Below are positions 1 through 8,648 of a DNA stretch of 64,000 nucleotides, in pieces. This DNA is from Planctomycetia bacterium. Its GTDB lineage: Bacteria; Planctomycetota; Planctomycetia; Pirellulales; UBA1268. The stretch covers positions 1,751 to 65,750 of the forward strand of contig JBJTOU010000053.1 of NCBI GenBank assembly GCA_046074725.1, in the 5' to 3' direction. How positions within the stretch are numbered: position 1 is the stretch's first letter; the number at the start of each line of letters is the position of its first letter. The position numbers and the translations under genes were made by a program. The notes under the pieces were generated by a model. The model saw nothing but the letters and a program-made list of their open reading frames with translations, did not search any database and was not told the DNA's origin.

Positions 1-1718
1 CGGGAGATCATCTCGTACACGGCTCGATCCTCGGCCGGCACCGTCGCCAGCGTCAGCCGCGGTCCACCCACCGACTCGACCAGATCGAATGCCCGCCGGA
101 TCGCTGACAGCATGCCCAGCGCGAGGCAATCGACCTTGAGGATGCCGAGTTCGTCGAGGTCGTCCTTGTCCCACTGGATGATCGTACGGCCATTCATCGC
201 GGCCGGCTGGATCGGCACCAGATCGCACAACTCCCCGCGGGTCATCACCATGCCCCCGACATGCTGCCCTAGGTGGCGTGGAAAGCCGATGAGCTGGCCG
301 ACGAGCGTCACGAGCCTCGTGCCGGTGTCACCAGCGGGATCGACTCCCACCTCGGCCAGACGCGTCGGAAGATCTTCCGGCTCATCGCCCACGTCGATCA
401 CGGTGGCCAGGGCATCGACACGATCGAGTGACAGCCCGAGAACCTTGGCCATGTCGCGGACGGCCGATCGCAGCCGATACGAGATCACCTCGGCCGTCAT
501 CGCCGCGCGGCTCCGACCATAGGTTTCGTAGATGTATTGGATCACCTCCTCACGGCGGTCGTGCTCGAAGTCGATGTCGATGTCGGGAGCCTCGCGACGC
601 TCACGGCTCACGAACCGCTCGAAGAGCACGCTCATCCGCGACGGATCGACCGACGTGATTCCCAGGCAATAGCAGACGGCCGAATTGGCGGCGGAGCCAC
701 GCCCCTGGCAGAGAATGCCGCGCCGGCGGGCGAACCGAACGATGTCGAACACGGTGAGAAAATAGGCTTCGTAGCCGAGTTCACCGATGAGCGCGAGTTC
801 GTGCCCGATGAGCCGCCGCACCGTATCGGGGATGCCTTCGGGATATCGCTTCGCCGCCCCCTTCCAGGCAAGATGGTCGAGATGCTCCCGTGGCGAGCGG
901 CCCGTCGGAACGGACGCATCGGGGTATTCGTACCGCAGTTCGTCGAGCGAAAATGTGCACCTCGCCGCGATCTCGGCCGACCGCTCGACGGCGTCGGGCA
1001 TCGCCGCGAATCGCTCCGCGATCCGCCACCGCTCGTGAAGATGCCGCTCGCCGTTGGTGAGCAGCCGATCGCGAAACTCCTCGACCGTGCCCCCATGCCG
1101 CACGGCGGTGAGGGCGTCGAAGAGCGGCATCCGGCTGCGTTCGTGGTAGCGCACATCACCGGCCGCCACGAGCGGCACACGTGCCAGCCTGCCCAGCCGG
1201 GCGAACCACCGCAGACGATCCTCGTCGTCGCCCTCGAGGGCCACTTCGGCGATCGCATGGAGACGGTCGCCGAACACCCACCGCCATTCGAGCAACTGTC
1301 CGACGATGCCTTGATCGTCTTCATCGCCGCCGTGGCAGGGGGCGGAGAGGCATGCCGCAAGCGGCACGCCGGCGAGCAGCCCTCCGGAATGGATCGCGAT
1401 ATCGTCGAGCGAGAGCCGACCTGCAATGTCATGGCCGCGGGTCAGGAGACGGCAGAGGTTGGCATACCCCGTCCGATCGGCCGCCCACACCACCAGTGGC
1501 GCCGCATTGATCGGCTCCAAGGCCGCACCGACGACGAGCTTCAGCCCGGCCTGCGTGGCGGCTGCATGGGCACGCACGATGCCGGCCAGCGTCGCATGGT
1601 CGGTGATCGCCAGCGCCTCGTAGCCCAGCGCATGCGCCGTGGCGACGAGCTCGTGGGGATGGGATCCGCCACGGTGAAAGGAAAAGTTGGTCGTGCAGTG
1701 GAGTTCGGCGTAGCGCAT
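1..1718 (-). CDS. dnaE2: Error-prone DNA polymerase III alpha subunit DnaE2, N-terminal ~572 codons (3' end lies beyond the window start)
   Basis: Own minus-strand translation from ATG 1718-1716 gives MRYAELHCTTNFSFHRGGSHPHELVATAHALGYEALAITDHATLAGIV..., a PHP-domain N-terminus. The frame stays open to base 1 (...LGMLSAIRRAFDLVESVGGPRLTLATVPAEDRAVYEMIS). It is absent from the ORF track because no stop lies in the window. The start overlaps the imuB stop (TGATG). Confidence 0.9.
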   Translation of the reverse strand, partial: MRYAELHCTTNFSFHRGGSHPHELVATAHALGYEALAITDHATLAGIVRAHAAATQAGLKLVVGAALEPINAAPLVVWAADRTGYANLCRLLTRGHDIAGRLSLDDIAIHSGGLLAGVPLAACLSAPCHGGDEDDQGIVGQLLEWRWVFGDRLHAIAEVALEGDDEDRLRWFARLGRLARVPLVAAGDVRYHERSRMPLFDALTAVRHGGTVEEFRDRLLTNGERHLHERWRIAERFAAMPDAVERSAEIAARCTFSLDELRYEYPDASVPTGRSPREHLDHLAWKGAAKRYPEGIPDTVRRLIGHELALIGELGYEAYFLTVFDIVRFARRRGILCQGRGSAANSAVCYCLGITSVDPSRMSVLFERFVSRERREAPDIDIDFEHDRREEVIQYIYETYGRSRAAMTAEVISYRLRSAVRDMAKVLGLSLDRVDALATVIDVGDEPEDLPTRLAEVGVDPAGDTGTRLVTLVGQLIGFPRHLGQHVGGMVMTRGELCDLVPIQPAAMNGRTIIQWDKDDLDELGILKVDCLALGMLSAIRRAFDLVESVGGPRLTLATVPAEDRAVYEMIS

Positions 1719-3451
1719 CAGGCAAACATCCCGTGAAGAAACCAGACTCCGTCGCGAAGCCGGCGAAAAAGCCAATACATCCCCCCCGTTTCCGTCTCGA
1801 TGACGTAGTAATCACGTCGGACGCAGGGCCCCCGCCACCAGGCCGTCTCGATCCGCTCCGGACCATGGGCCCGGGCGACCTGGTGCGTTTCGGAATTCCA
1901 GCGAAATCGCAGCGGCGGCCCGGCATCGACCGACGACAGGCTGCCGCCCGTCGCGGGCACCACCGACACCGTTTCCAGTCGGATCGGCCGCGGCAGCATC
2001 CACACCGGCCGCCGGCCCGCAGCCTTTCCGCCACCACGCGATGCAGAGGACGACGACGCGGAAGACCTCGTGCCGGCGGGCACCCCCACCCAGGCATGCT
2101 CCGGCTGGGCATCGATCACCGGCTGCGGCTCGAATACGGCGCCTCGCCCGAGCCGGCCGGCCAGCCGATCGAGCAGCATGGGCACGTGCAATGCTCGGTC
2201 CTCGGCTGCGTCGCCATCGAGCCCGCTGAAAAGCACCCGCTGCCGGCAGCCGACAACCGCCACGGAAATCACCTCCACGGCGATGCTCTCGATTTCGCGT
2301 GGCATCCGCAGCCTTGCCAGCCGCAGCCGCACGAGCTCCACGAGATGCCCTGCCGAGACGCTCGGACGAAATACGCCGACATCGACCACCACGGGCGCAG
2401 ACGACACGGCCGCCCGCCCCGGATCAAATCGCACCTGCAGCGACGCGATGCCCTTGCCCTGCGCGACCACACCCGCCACGCATGCCCCCACGAGGCACTC
2501 GAGAATCGCCACGATCATCTCCTCCCCTCCATCACGGAGCGAGACGGGAAGCTCAAAGTCGTGAACCGCCTGCGGCAGTTCGGTGGTGGACGATGGCTGG
2601 AGCGGTTCGACGAGCGTGCCGCGGAATTCCGCAAGCCGACGCTCGAGCAACGGCCCGAACCGCGACGCCAGACTCTTCCGCGGAAGACGGAGCAGATCAC
2701 CGATCGACTCGATACCGACGTCACCGACCTCGGCCCGGGTACGGTCATCCAGACGCAATGCCGCCACGGGCAGGTGGGCCAGCGACCGTGAGTCGCCCCT
2801 GGAGACGACCGCCCACCGCCGAGGCCGCCGCCTTCGCACGTCGCGTTCGAAGGGCGTCGCGCCCATCAAAGCCGAAGCACGCTCCGGAGCCGCTTCCCCC
2901 CGCGCCAGCAGATGCGTGAAATGGGCGGCAGCCCAGGCGGCGCCGGGCGTATCGGCGATCGCCACACGGGCGTGGATGCCGCGGGATGCGAGTGTCCAGG
3001 CTGCCGTACGGACCAATGGCTCCTCACCGCCGAAGAAGCCGGCTGTGTTGGTGACATCGAGCATCAGGCATTCGGGCTGGCTTTCCGGATGCGACGGTGG
3101 CTCCATCGCCACGATCGGCGCAAAACGACGGCACCATCGCGACAACGTCTCCAACGCCATCCGGTCTGCACACGGATCATCGTGCTCGACGACGGCTGCC
3201 TGGCAGGCACGGGAACCATGTTCGAGCGACAGCACGGCCATCGCCTCGGCCAACGAAATCCCATCCGGAATTTTCGCCATCGCACGCCGACGGCCGGCGT
3301 GCGACTGCTGCGCCGCCTGCGACCACAGCCACGACACCACCCGCATCACGCCGCGGCCTTCACGGCGGCAGACGAAGACGGGCAGGAATCGCCACTCGGG
3401 ATGCTCGAGCAGACGTCGCTGCACAGGCCATCTCGGCAGCCAGATCGTCAT
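1718..3451 (-). CDS. imuB: ImuB, Y-family-polymerase-like subunit of the imuA-imuB-dnaE2 mutagenesis cassette
   Basis: ORF 1718..3709 contains MTIWLPRWPVQRRLLEHPEWRFLPVFV..., a typical ImuB N-terminus. ATG 3451 forms an ATGA overlap with the imuA stop at 3448-3450. An alternative ATG is at 3463 (MPRIMTIW). The 663-aa track version runs back into imuA and is probably too long. Confidence 0.85.
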   Translation of the reverse strand: MTIWLPRWPVQRRLLEHPEWRFLPVFVCRREGRGVMRVVSWLWSQAAQQSHAGRRRAMAKIPDGISLAEAMAVLSLEHGSRACQAAVVEHDDPCADRMALETLSRWCRRFAPIVAMEPPSHPESQPECLMLDVTNTAGFFGGEEPLVRTAAWTLASRGIHARVAIADTPGAAWAAAHFTHLLARGEAAPERASALMGATPFERDVRRRRPRRWAVVSRGDSRSLAHLPVAALRLDDRTRAEVGDVGIESIGDLLRLPRKSLASRFGPLLERRLAEFRGTLVEPLQPSSTTELPQAVHDFELPVSLRDGGEEMIVAILECLVGACVAGVVAQGKGIASLQVRFDPGRAAVSSAPVVVDVGVFRPSVSAGHLVELVRLRLARLRMPREIESIAVEVISVAVVGCRQRVLFSGLDGDAAEDRALHVPMLLDRLAGRLGRGAVFEPQPVIDAQPEHAWVGVPAGTRSSASSSSASRGGGKAAGRRPVWMLPRPIRLETVSVVPATGGSLSSVDAGPPLRFRWNSETHQVARAHGPERIETAWWRGPCVRRDYYVIETETGGMYWLFRRLRDGVWFLHGMFA

Positions 3452-4221
3452 GATGCGCGGCATGCGACACCTCGCTGTGGAACCATCGGCCGCTGGAGAT
3501 GGCGAGGCACGCCTGGCAGGACATGGCTCCCCACCGCCTCGCGACCACGCGACAGGTCGAGCAGGATCTCCACCGATCGCTCGGACGGGGCATGGCCGAC
3601 AGACATGCCCTCGATCGACCATGGACCGTCGAGAAGCGACAGCCGCATGCGGCGGAGGCCGGATGATCCGGCCGGCGCAGGAGCCACGGCGATTCGATGC
3701 ATCGCCCACGATGGCTCACGACGCGCACGGCCCGGCCGCACGAGCAATCCGACGGCCTGGCTTGATCGAGCCGCCAGCTGCCATCGGCGCATGGCCGTGG
3801 GGTGAATCCGCCGAGGCCACGCCAGCACGGCCGAAACGCCCGGACATCGCAGTGCCTGGTCGATCGCCCATGCTTCATCGTCATCCCGCGCAGGCCTGAC
3901 CACGACACACTGCACATGCGCCCCGTGATCGGAGGCGGGCGACGTCAGCCACGGCATCACGGCCGGTGGATGAAACCGCCCGCAACGATCGACGATCAGG
4001 ATCGTGCCACCGGCAGCCGTGCCGCCTGCCAGCGACACGGCGACGGCGCATGCGAGCGTCGCCGCTCCGGACACATCGTCATCGCACAGCCACTCGAGGA
4101 GACTGCCGCGGGGCACGCCCCCCCGTGGCAAGAGCCGATCCAGCGGCCTGAAGCCGCTTGGCACCACCGATCGCTCCACGTCATGCTCCAGTTTCATCGC
4201 AGGCTTCATGGCTGTCTTCAT
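3448..4221 (-). CDS. imuA: ImuA, RecA/SulA-fold cell-division-inhibitor-like protein of the mutagenesis cassette
   Basis: 257-aa ORF with GFRPLDRLLPRGGVPRGSLLEWLCDDDVSGAATLACAVAVSLAGG. It is the first gene of the imuA-imuB-dnaE2 order, and ATG is confirmed at 4219-4221. Confidence 0.8.
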   Translation of the reverse strand: MKTAMKPAMKLEHDVERSVVPSGFRPLDRLLPRGGVPRGSLLEWLCDDDVSGAATLACAVAVSLAGGTAAGGTILIVDRCGRFHPPAVMPWLTSPASDHGAHVQCVVVRPARDDDEAWAIDQALRCPGVSAVLAWPRRIHPTAMRRWQLAARSSQAVGLLVRPGRARREPSWAMHRIAVAPAPAGSSGLRRMRLSLLDGPWSIEGMSVGHAPSERSVEILLDLSRGREAVGSHVLPGVPRHLQRPMVPQRGVACRAS

Positions 4222-4248
4222 GGCAAGGCCCTTGTAATATGCACGTAT

Positions 4249-4264
4249 GTACAGTATTCGATAC
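4249..4264. promoter_or_regulatory. Candidate shared operator (possible SOS box) in the imuA divergent promoter region
   Basis: GTACAGTATTCGATAC lies in a 68-bp AT-rich gap. It matches GTTCAGTGTTCGTTTC in the recA leader (22660-22675) at 12 of 16 positions. On the imuA strand a TTGACG (4274-4279) -17 nt- TACTGT arrangement overlaps it. Confidence 0.25.
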
Positions 4265-4289
4265 GGAGCAAATCGTCAACCATTCGGAC

Positions 4290-5378
4290 ATGCGAGATTC
4301 GTGCATCCGCCTGATCGCCGTCGCCCTGGCCACGATGGCCACCGCCATCGCCCGGGCCGACGGCCCGCTCGAGGCATTGGATGCATTCCAGCACGGCCTG
4401 TCGCCCGCCGTGGCCGCCCAGCTGGGCCTGGCCCCGAAACACTACCGGCAGATCGAGCCCTCCCTCTACTACCTCGCCGCCGCTCATGCCGCACGGATCG
4501 AGCCGCTGCCCCACGACGAGCAGGTCGAAACGCTCGTCGCCCTGGCCCGGTTCATCGATGCCCGTCGCGATGCCATGGGAGAACGGACCGTGATCGGCAC
4601 GGGGAGGGATGTCATCGGCCTTCTCGACCCAGACCGCGGCCTCGACCCCAAGGAAATCACCACGATCTCCCGTGCGTATGGCGCCAGCCCGACCATCTTC
4701 AAGCGGGCCGCAGAAGGTGACACGATCGAGAGCGTGGCCGATGCCTTTCTCGGCGCCGTGGCACGCGCCGCCTCCGGCACGACGCCGACCACGATCGTCG
4801 TCCTCGGCCACGGCCTCCCCGACCACATCCAGAGCTATTCGATCTCCTGCGACCGTCTCGCCGAAGCCTTCGTGCCGAAAGCTGAAGCGGCGACCGACGC
4901 CGCCGTCGATCTCGCCCATGTCGTCCTCATCTGCGACGACTGCTACAGCGCCGACTTCAGCATCAACCTCGCGGCGGCGATCGAACGCAGATGCCACGAC
5001 TACTCGCGATCACTCGCATCGCTCCCGGTGATGATCGCCGGCACCAACCGCGACTGCGTCGGCCACGCCGATTTCGGCGCGGCATTCGTGCCGCACTTCT
5101 GGAAGGACGTGATCGAGCTCTATTACGTCCGCCGCCCACGGCAGGCCGCCATCACGCTCCGCGATTTCTTCGACAAGGTCGATGGGATGATGTATGGCTA
5201 CGGACGGACCACGACCGTCGGGGCCGACGGCACGGTCAGCTACCGCCTCGTCGATCCGAAACTCTGCCAGGATCCGGTCGTCTTCGTCCCGCTCGACGAA
5301 ACGGACCTGGACGAACTCCGCACGATCCTCAGCCTCCCGGCCGATGCACCCCTGCCGCGACTGCTCGACATCGGCTAG
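4290..5378 (+). CDS. Secreted hypothetical protein with a clan-CD cysteine-peptidase-like His/Cys arrangement
   Basis: ATG 4290 gives MRDSCIRLIAVALATMATAIARADGP, a signal-peptide-like N-terminus. Internally, a hydrophobic strand plus HG (TTIVVLGHG) is followed ~44 residues later by a hydrophobic strand plus DDC (HVVLICDDCYS), then VMIAGTNRDC. GC3-rich codons. Confidence 0.7.
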   Translation: MRDSCIRLIAVALATMATAIARADGPLEALDAFQHGLSPAVAAQLGLAPKHYRQIEPSLYYLAAAHAARIEPLPHDEQVETLVALARFIDARRDAMGERTVIGTGRDVIGLLDPDRGLDPKEITTISRAYGASPTIFKRAAEGDTIESVADAFLGAVARAASGTTPTTIVVLGHGLPDHIQSYSISCDRLAEAFVPKAEAATDAAVDLAHVVLICDDCYSADFSINLAAAIERRCHDYSRSLASLPVMIAGTNRDCVGHADFGAAFVPHFWKDVIELYYVRRPRQAAITLRDFFDKVDGMMYGYGRTTTVGADGTVSYRLVDPKLCQDPVVFVPLDETDLDELRTILSLPADAPLPRLLDIG

Positions 5379-5822
5379 CTGTCCGTGGACAACGTCATCC
5401 CTGACCTTTATCCACGTGGCCGACCCCGTCGTCTCCGCCTCCTGGTCGAGTGGGCCATCGCTACGGTTGCTACCGGGAGCACGTGACGGTTGACATGTGT
5501 CGCTGAGAAGTCCGTGAGGGGCTGCCCATGCTCTCGAGCCGGCGTAGGTGGCCAGCGCAGCCCGGAGGGCGAGAGCGCAGCCAACTCCGAGAGAGCGGAG
5601 GGCAGGGATGCCCGCAGCGAATGTCCGGAGAGAGGGCGTGGGCAGACCCGAGCCACACCAGATACCGATCGACCCGTCACGCATCTGCCGTGCCGAACAC
5701 GATGGCCTGAAAGGCCGACGCGATCGTCCGGCGATGGCACATGAGCAGCCCCGAGCCCTTGCTCACAGTGTCAACTCTTGGATGCTCCCGATCGTATCTC
5801 GGATGCGTTCTCGAGACGGCAG

Positions 5823-7508
5823 TTAGGCCTTGTACCGGTCTCGCGTGGTGTCGGGCTTCACGCCCTCGGGCGTGGCATCGTCCGCGATGTCGAACCACTC
5901 CGGCTTGAACTCGATCCGGGCCTGTGTCGTTGGGTTGGCCAGGGCGATGTTGCTCACCAGCGCGATCACCGCATCGGCGATCGCAACCTCCGGCTTGCAT
6001 CGCGGCTGGTTCTCGGGAGACGGGTTGCGGATGCACCACGCCCAGTGCTCCATCTCCTCCGTGTAGCCACGGGAGGGGGCGGCTTTCGAGTCGCCGCCGG
6101 CCCCGCCCGCCGCGGCCCCGCCGCCGCCACCGCTTTCGGTGGTGTCGAGCGCGGGCGAGCCATCCTTGGCTTTCGTGACCGTCACCCGCGTATCCCTCGC
6201 GGAGTCCTTGTAGAGCATCACGTCGCGCTCGTTTTCGAGGATGAGCGTGCCCTTGGTGCCCATCACCACCTCGCCATACCCACCGAAGCCGTTGCCGTTG
6301 ATCGACGAGTAGGTGACGACCACCTTCTTGTTCTTGTCGTCGTCGTAGCCGGGGGCGGGATACTCGTACATGCAGTAGACGTGGTCCTCGACCTCCCGGT
6401 CGGCCGGGAAGATGCTGCGGTTGCCGACGGCCGTGACCGTGAGCGGCTTTACCTTCTTCCCCTCGCCGTGCATCGCCGAGACGAAAATACCTGCCGCATC
6501 GAGCTGATGGCTCCCGAGCTCGGCCATCAGGCCTCCCCCGGTGCGGTTCCACAGGCGCCATCGGATCAGTTCTTCCAGTGGCGAGCGGGTCGTGCCATTG
6601 GCCATCGTCATCTGCGTGTAGCCATGGGCTGCCGCATCGACGGCTTGATCGGCGATCTGGGCCTCGAGCTGCGCGATCCGCTTGGTCAACGAATCGATCT
6701 CGGAGGGCTTGGCGATCTCGAGCTGCTTTCTCCAGCCGGCAAGCTTCTTCGCCAAAGACTCGTCGCCGGGCAGCGGCGGCTTCCACGAATCGTTCCCGGG
6801 GAGGTTGCCCCGGTGCCACTGGGCACGGATCGAATGAACGTCGCCGATCAGTTTCGCCTTGCCGATCGTGTAGACGGCATTGTCGTAGAGGATGCTGTAG
6901 TGACGCTGATGCCCCGTGGCGAGGATCTTTTTTGTCTCCCGCGACACCCGCCCCATCTCCTTGCACTCGTGGATGCTGTGCCCCATGAGCTTTTCGGTGA
7001 GAACGTGTTTCCCGGCCCGCATCGCCTTGATCGATGCCTCGGCGTGGAGATGGAGCGGCAACGCGATGACGACCGCCTCGATGGTCTTGTCGGCCAGCAG
7101 TTCCTCGTAGGCCCCGTACACCTTCACATGTTTCCGGGCCTGATCCTCGGTGGTCCAGTCATACTTCGCCATCAGGCCGGGGCGGGCCGCGTAGGCGCTC
7201 GCGCTCGAGACGTCGCCATGGAAGCCGCGGAAGACGTTGTAGGGGCGGATGTCGGCGATCGCGACGACATTGAGGTAGTCGGGATTGTGAGCACCCAGCA
7301 GCACGCTTCCCTCGTCACCGGTCCCGAGCACGCCGACGCGCAGCGGGCTGCCCACGCTCCGGCCATAGCCGAAGTAGATCGACCCAAGGCCGGCGCCCGT
7401 GGCCACTCCGGCGGCGACGGTGCCGGCGAGAAAGTCGCGACGCGTCACGGCGACCGCGTTGTCGAAGTTCTCCTTGCCGATCTGCTTCTGCTGTTCGGTA
7501 AGATTCAT
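5823..7508 (-). CDS. Gfo/Idh/MocA family oxidoreductase with twin-arginine signal
   Basis: MNLTEQQKQIGKENFDNAVAVTRRDFLAGTVAAGVATGAG is a TAT motif. It is followed by LRVGVLGTGDEGSVLL (Rossmann) and EAVVIALPLHLHAEASIKAMRAGKHVLTEK. The track start at 7517 is GTG; the ATG is at 7508. Confidence 0.85.
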   Translation of the reverse strand: MNLTEQQKQIGKENFDNAVAVTRRDFLAGTVAAGVATGAGLGSIYFGYGRSVGSPLRVGVLGTGDEGSVLLGAHNPDYLNVVAIADIRPYNVFRGFHGDVSSASAYAARPGLMAKYDWTTEDQARKHVKVYGAYEELLADKTIEAVVIALPLHLHAEASIKAMRAGKHVLTEKLMGHSIHECKEMGRVSRETKKILATGHQRHYSILYDNAVYTIGKAKLIGDVHSIRAQWHRGNLPGNDSWKPPLPGDESLAKKLAGWRKQLEIAKPSEIDSLTKRIAQLEAQIADQAVDAAAHGYTQMTMANGTTRSPLEELIRWRLWNRTGGGLMAELGSHQLDAAGIFVSAMHGEGKKVKPLTVTAVGNRSIFPADREVEDHVYCMYEYPAPGYDDDKNKKVVVTYSSINGNGFGGYGEVVMGTKGTLILENERDVMLYKDSARDTRVTVTKAKDGSPALDTTESGGGGGAAAGGAGGDSKAAPSRGYTEEMEHWAWCIRNPSPENQPRCKPEVAIADAVIALVSNIALANPTTQARIEFKPEWFDIADDATPEGVKPDTTRDRYKA

Positions 7509-7541
7509 CGAATGCACCTTCGGGGAAAAAATCGTGCAGCG

Positions 7542-8522
7542 TCAAACGGGGCACCGGCCACCGGCCGCCCCGCGGCACGATGAGAACGGACAACACCGTT
7601 TCAAAAAGTAGTCGAGGCCGCTCCATCCGCCGGTCGGCATCGCCGCGATCACGAGCAACGCGGCCAGTTCGACCCACTGGTCGTAGGTGGGCTGTGCGCC
7701 GGCGACCCAGAACGGCTGCGACGCGATCACGCTGAGAAGAAAACAGGCGCCGCCCATGGCGTTGAACGCGACGAGAATCCCGAGAACGAGACAGCCGCCG
7801 ATCGTGACGAGCGACCAGCTCACGAACCGGTCCGCCTTCCAGAGCGGCGATGGGGGCCGCGCGGCCGCCGCCCGCATCCGTTCGGCGGCGGACAAGGGCT
7901 CGTCCCACGCCGCGACCAGCTTCTCTCCGATCGCAGCCGCGTCGGCCTGCCAGCCCGCCGCGAGGGCCGCCAGTTCCTTTCGCTTCCTGGCCACACGATC
8001 CCGCTGGAACGGAATCTCCAGGGCCGACGGCTGCCGGGCTTGAGCGTCGAGTCGGTCGATCTGCATCCGATAGTCTTCGAGGTCCTCGACACGGTCCGAA
8101 ACGTAGGCGGCGAGTTCTCGGGAGGCCTCTTCCAGTCGGTTTTCCGCAGTGGCCCGGGCGGCCGCGTCGAGCGGCACCCTCCGCGTCCTGGCGGCCATCA
8201 ATTCACGCCACGACCGCACCACGCTCTCCTGCCAGTCGGCGGCGGCATCGGCCGTGGGGCGACGATCCCTGCCTCCGAGCGTGGCCGACCAGTCGCCCGT
8301 CTGGGGAAGCGAGGATCGATACCAGTCTCCCAGCGGTCCGACGGCGGCCTTTCGGAAGCCCGCGCTCGACCAGGACGGATCGCGGAGATGCGAGAGGCCT
8401 TCCAGAAAAAAATGAAGGCCCACGACGATGCGAAGCATCGCCAATGCCGCCACGACGAGAAGTGTCGATCGCATCACATCCACCAGAAGGAGCACCAACT
8501 CACCGGCAGGGAGGTCGGTCAT
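7542..8522 (-). CDS. DoxX-like integral membrane protein with a long coiled-coil/loop insert
   Basis: N-terminal LLVVAALAMLRIVVGLHFFLEGLSHL and C-terminal hydrophobic helices. It lies directly upstream of the oxidoreductase on the same strand. ATG confirmed at 8520-8522. Confidence 0.6.
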   Translation of the reverse strand: MTDLPAGELVLLLVDVMRSTLLVVAALAMLRIVVGLHFFLEGLSHLRDPSWSSAGFRKAAVGPLGDWYRSSLPQTGDWSATLGGRDRRPTADAAADWQESVVRSWRELMAARTRRVPLDAAARATAENRLEEASRELAAYVSDRVEDLEDYRMQIDRLDAQARQPSALEIPFQRDRVARKRKELAALAAGWQADAAAIGEKLVAAWDEPLSAAERMRAAAARPPSPLWKADRFVSWSLVTIGGCLVLGILVAFNAMGGACFLLSVIASQPFWVAGAQPTYDQWVELAALLVIAAMPTGGWSGLDYFLKRCCPFSSCRGAAGGRCPV

Positions 8523-8648
8523 CCGACACGAACCCCGTCCGACTCAACATATTCCGAACCTCCACGGTCCGCCAGCCGTCGCATCCCCTCCCCACAGCCG
8601 CCGATCCCGGCTTGCCAAACTGCTCCACCGCGTGCCACAACCCTCGCC

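Noticed and set aside
4245-4264. E. coli-type SOS box: the minus strand reads TACTGTACATACGTGCATAT, with a perfect TACTGTA half-site
   Set aside because: The second half-site (ACAG at 8-nt spacing) is absent. No Gram-positive-type GAAC-N4-GTTC is present here or upstream of recA either.
5010-5684. 224-aa minus-strand ORF, the only sizeable ORF entering the 5379-5822 gap
   Set aside because: The first ~100 codons, translated by hand, are rich in A/T-ending codons (CGT, GGT, TGT, TCT, ACA, GCT, GGA, CAA...), unlike real genes here. The remainder is antisense to the 4290-5378 gene.
5500-5760. Possible RNase P RNA or TPP riboswitch (GCTGAGAAGTCCGTGAGGGGCTGCC resembles GAGGAAAGTCCGGGC and CTGAGA)
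   Set aside because: Other universally conserved RNase P strings are absent on both strands: GGTAAGGGTGAAA, AGATGAATG and ACAGAACCCGGCTTA. For TPP the element order is wrong and ACCTGA is missing. The gap is also not upstream of any gene.
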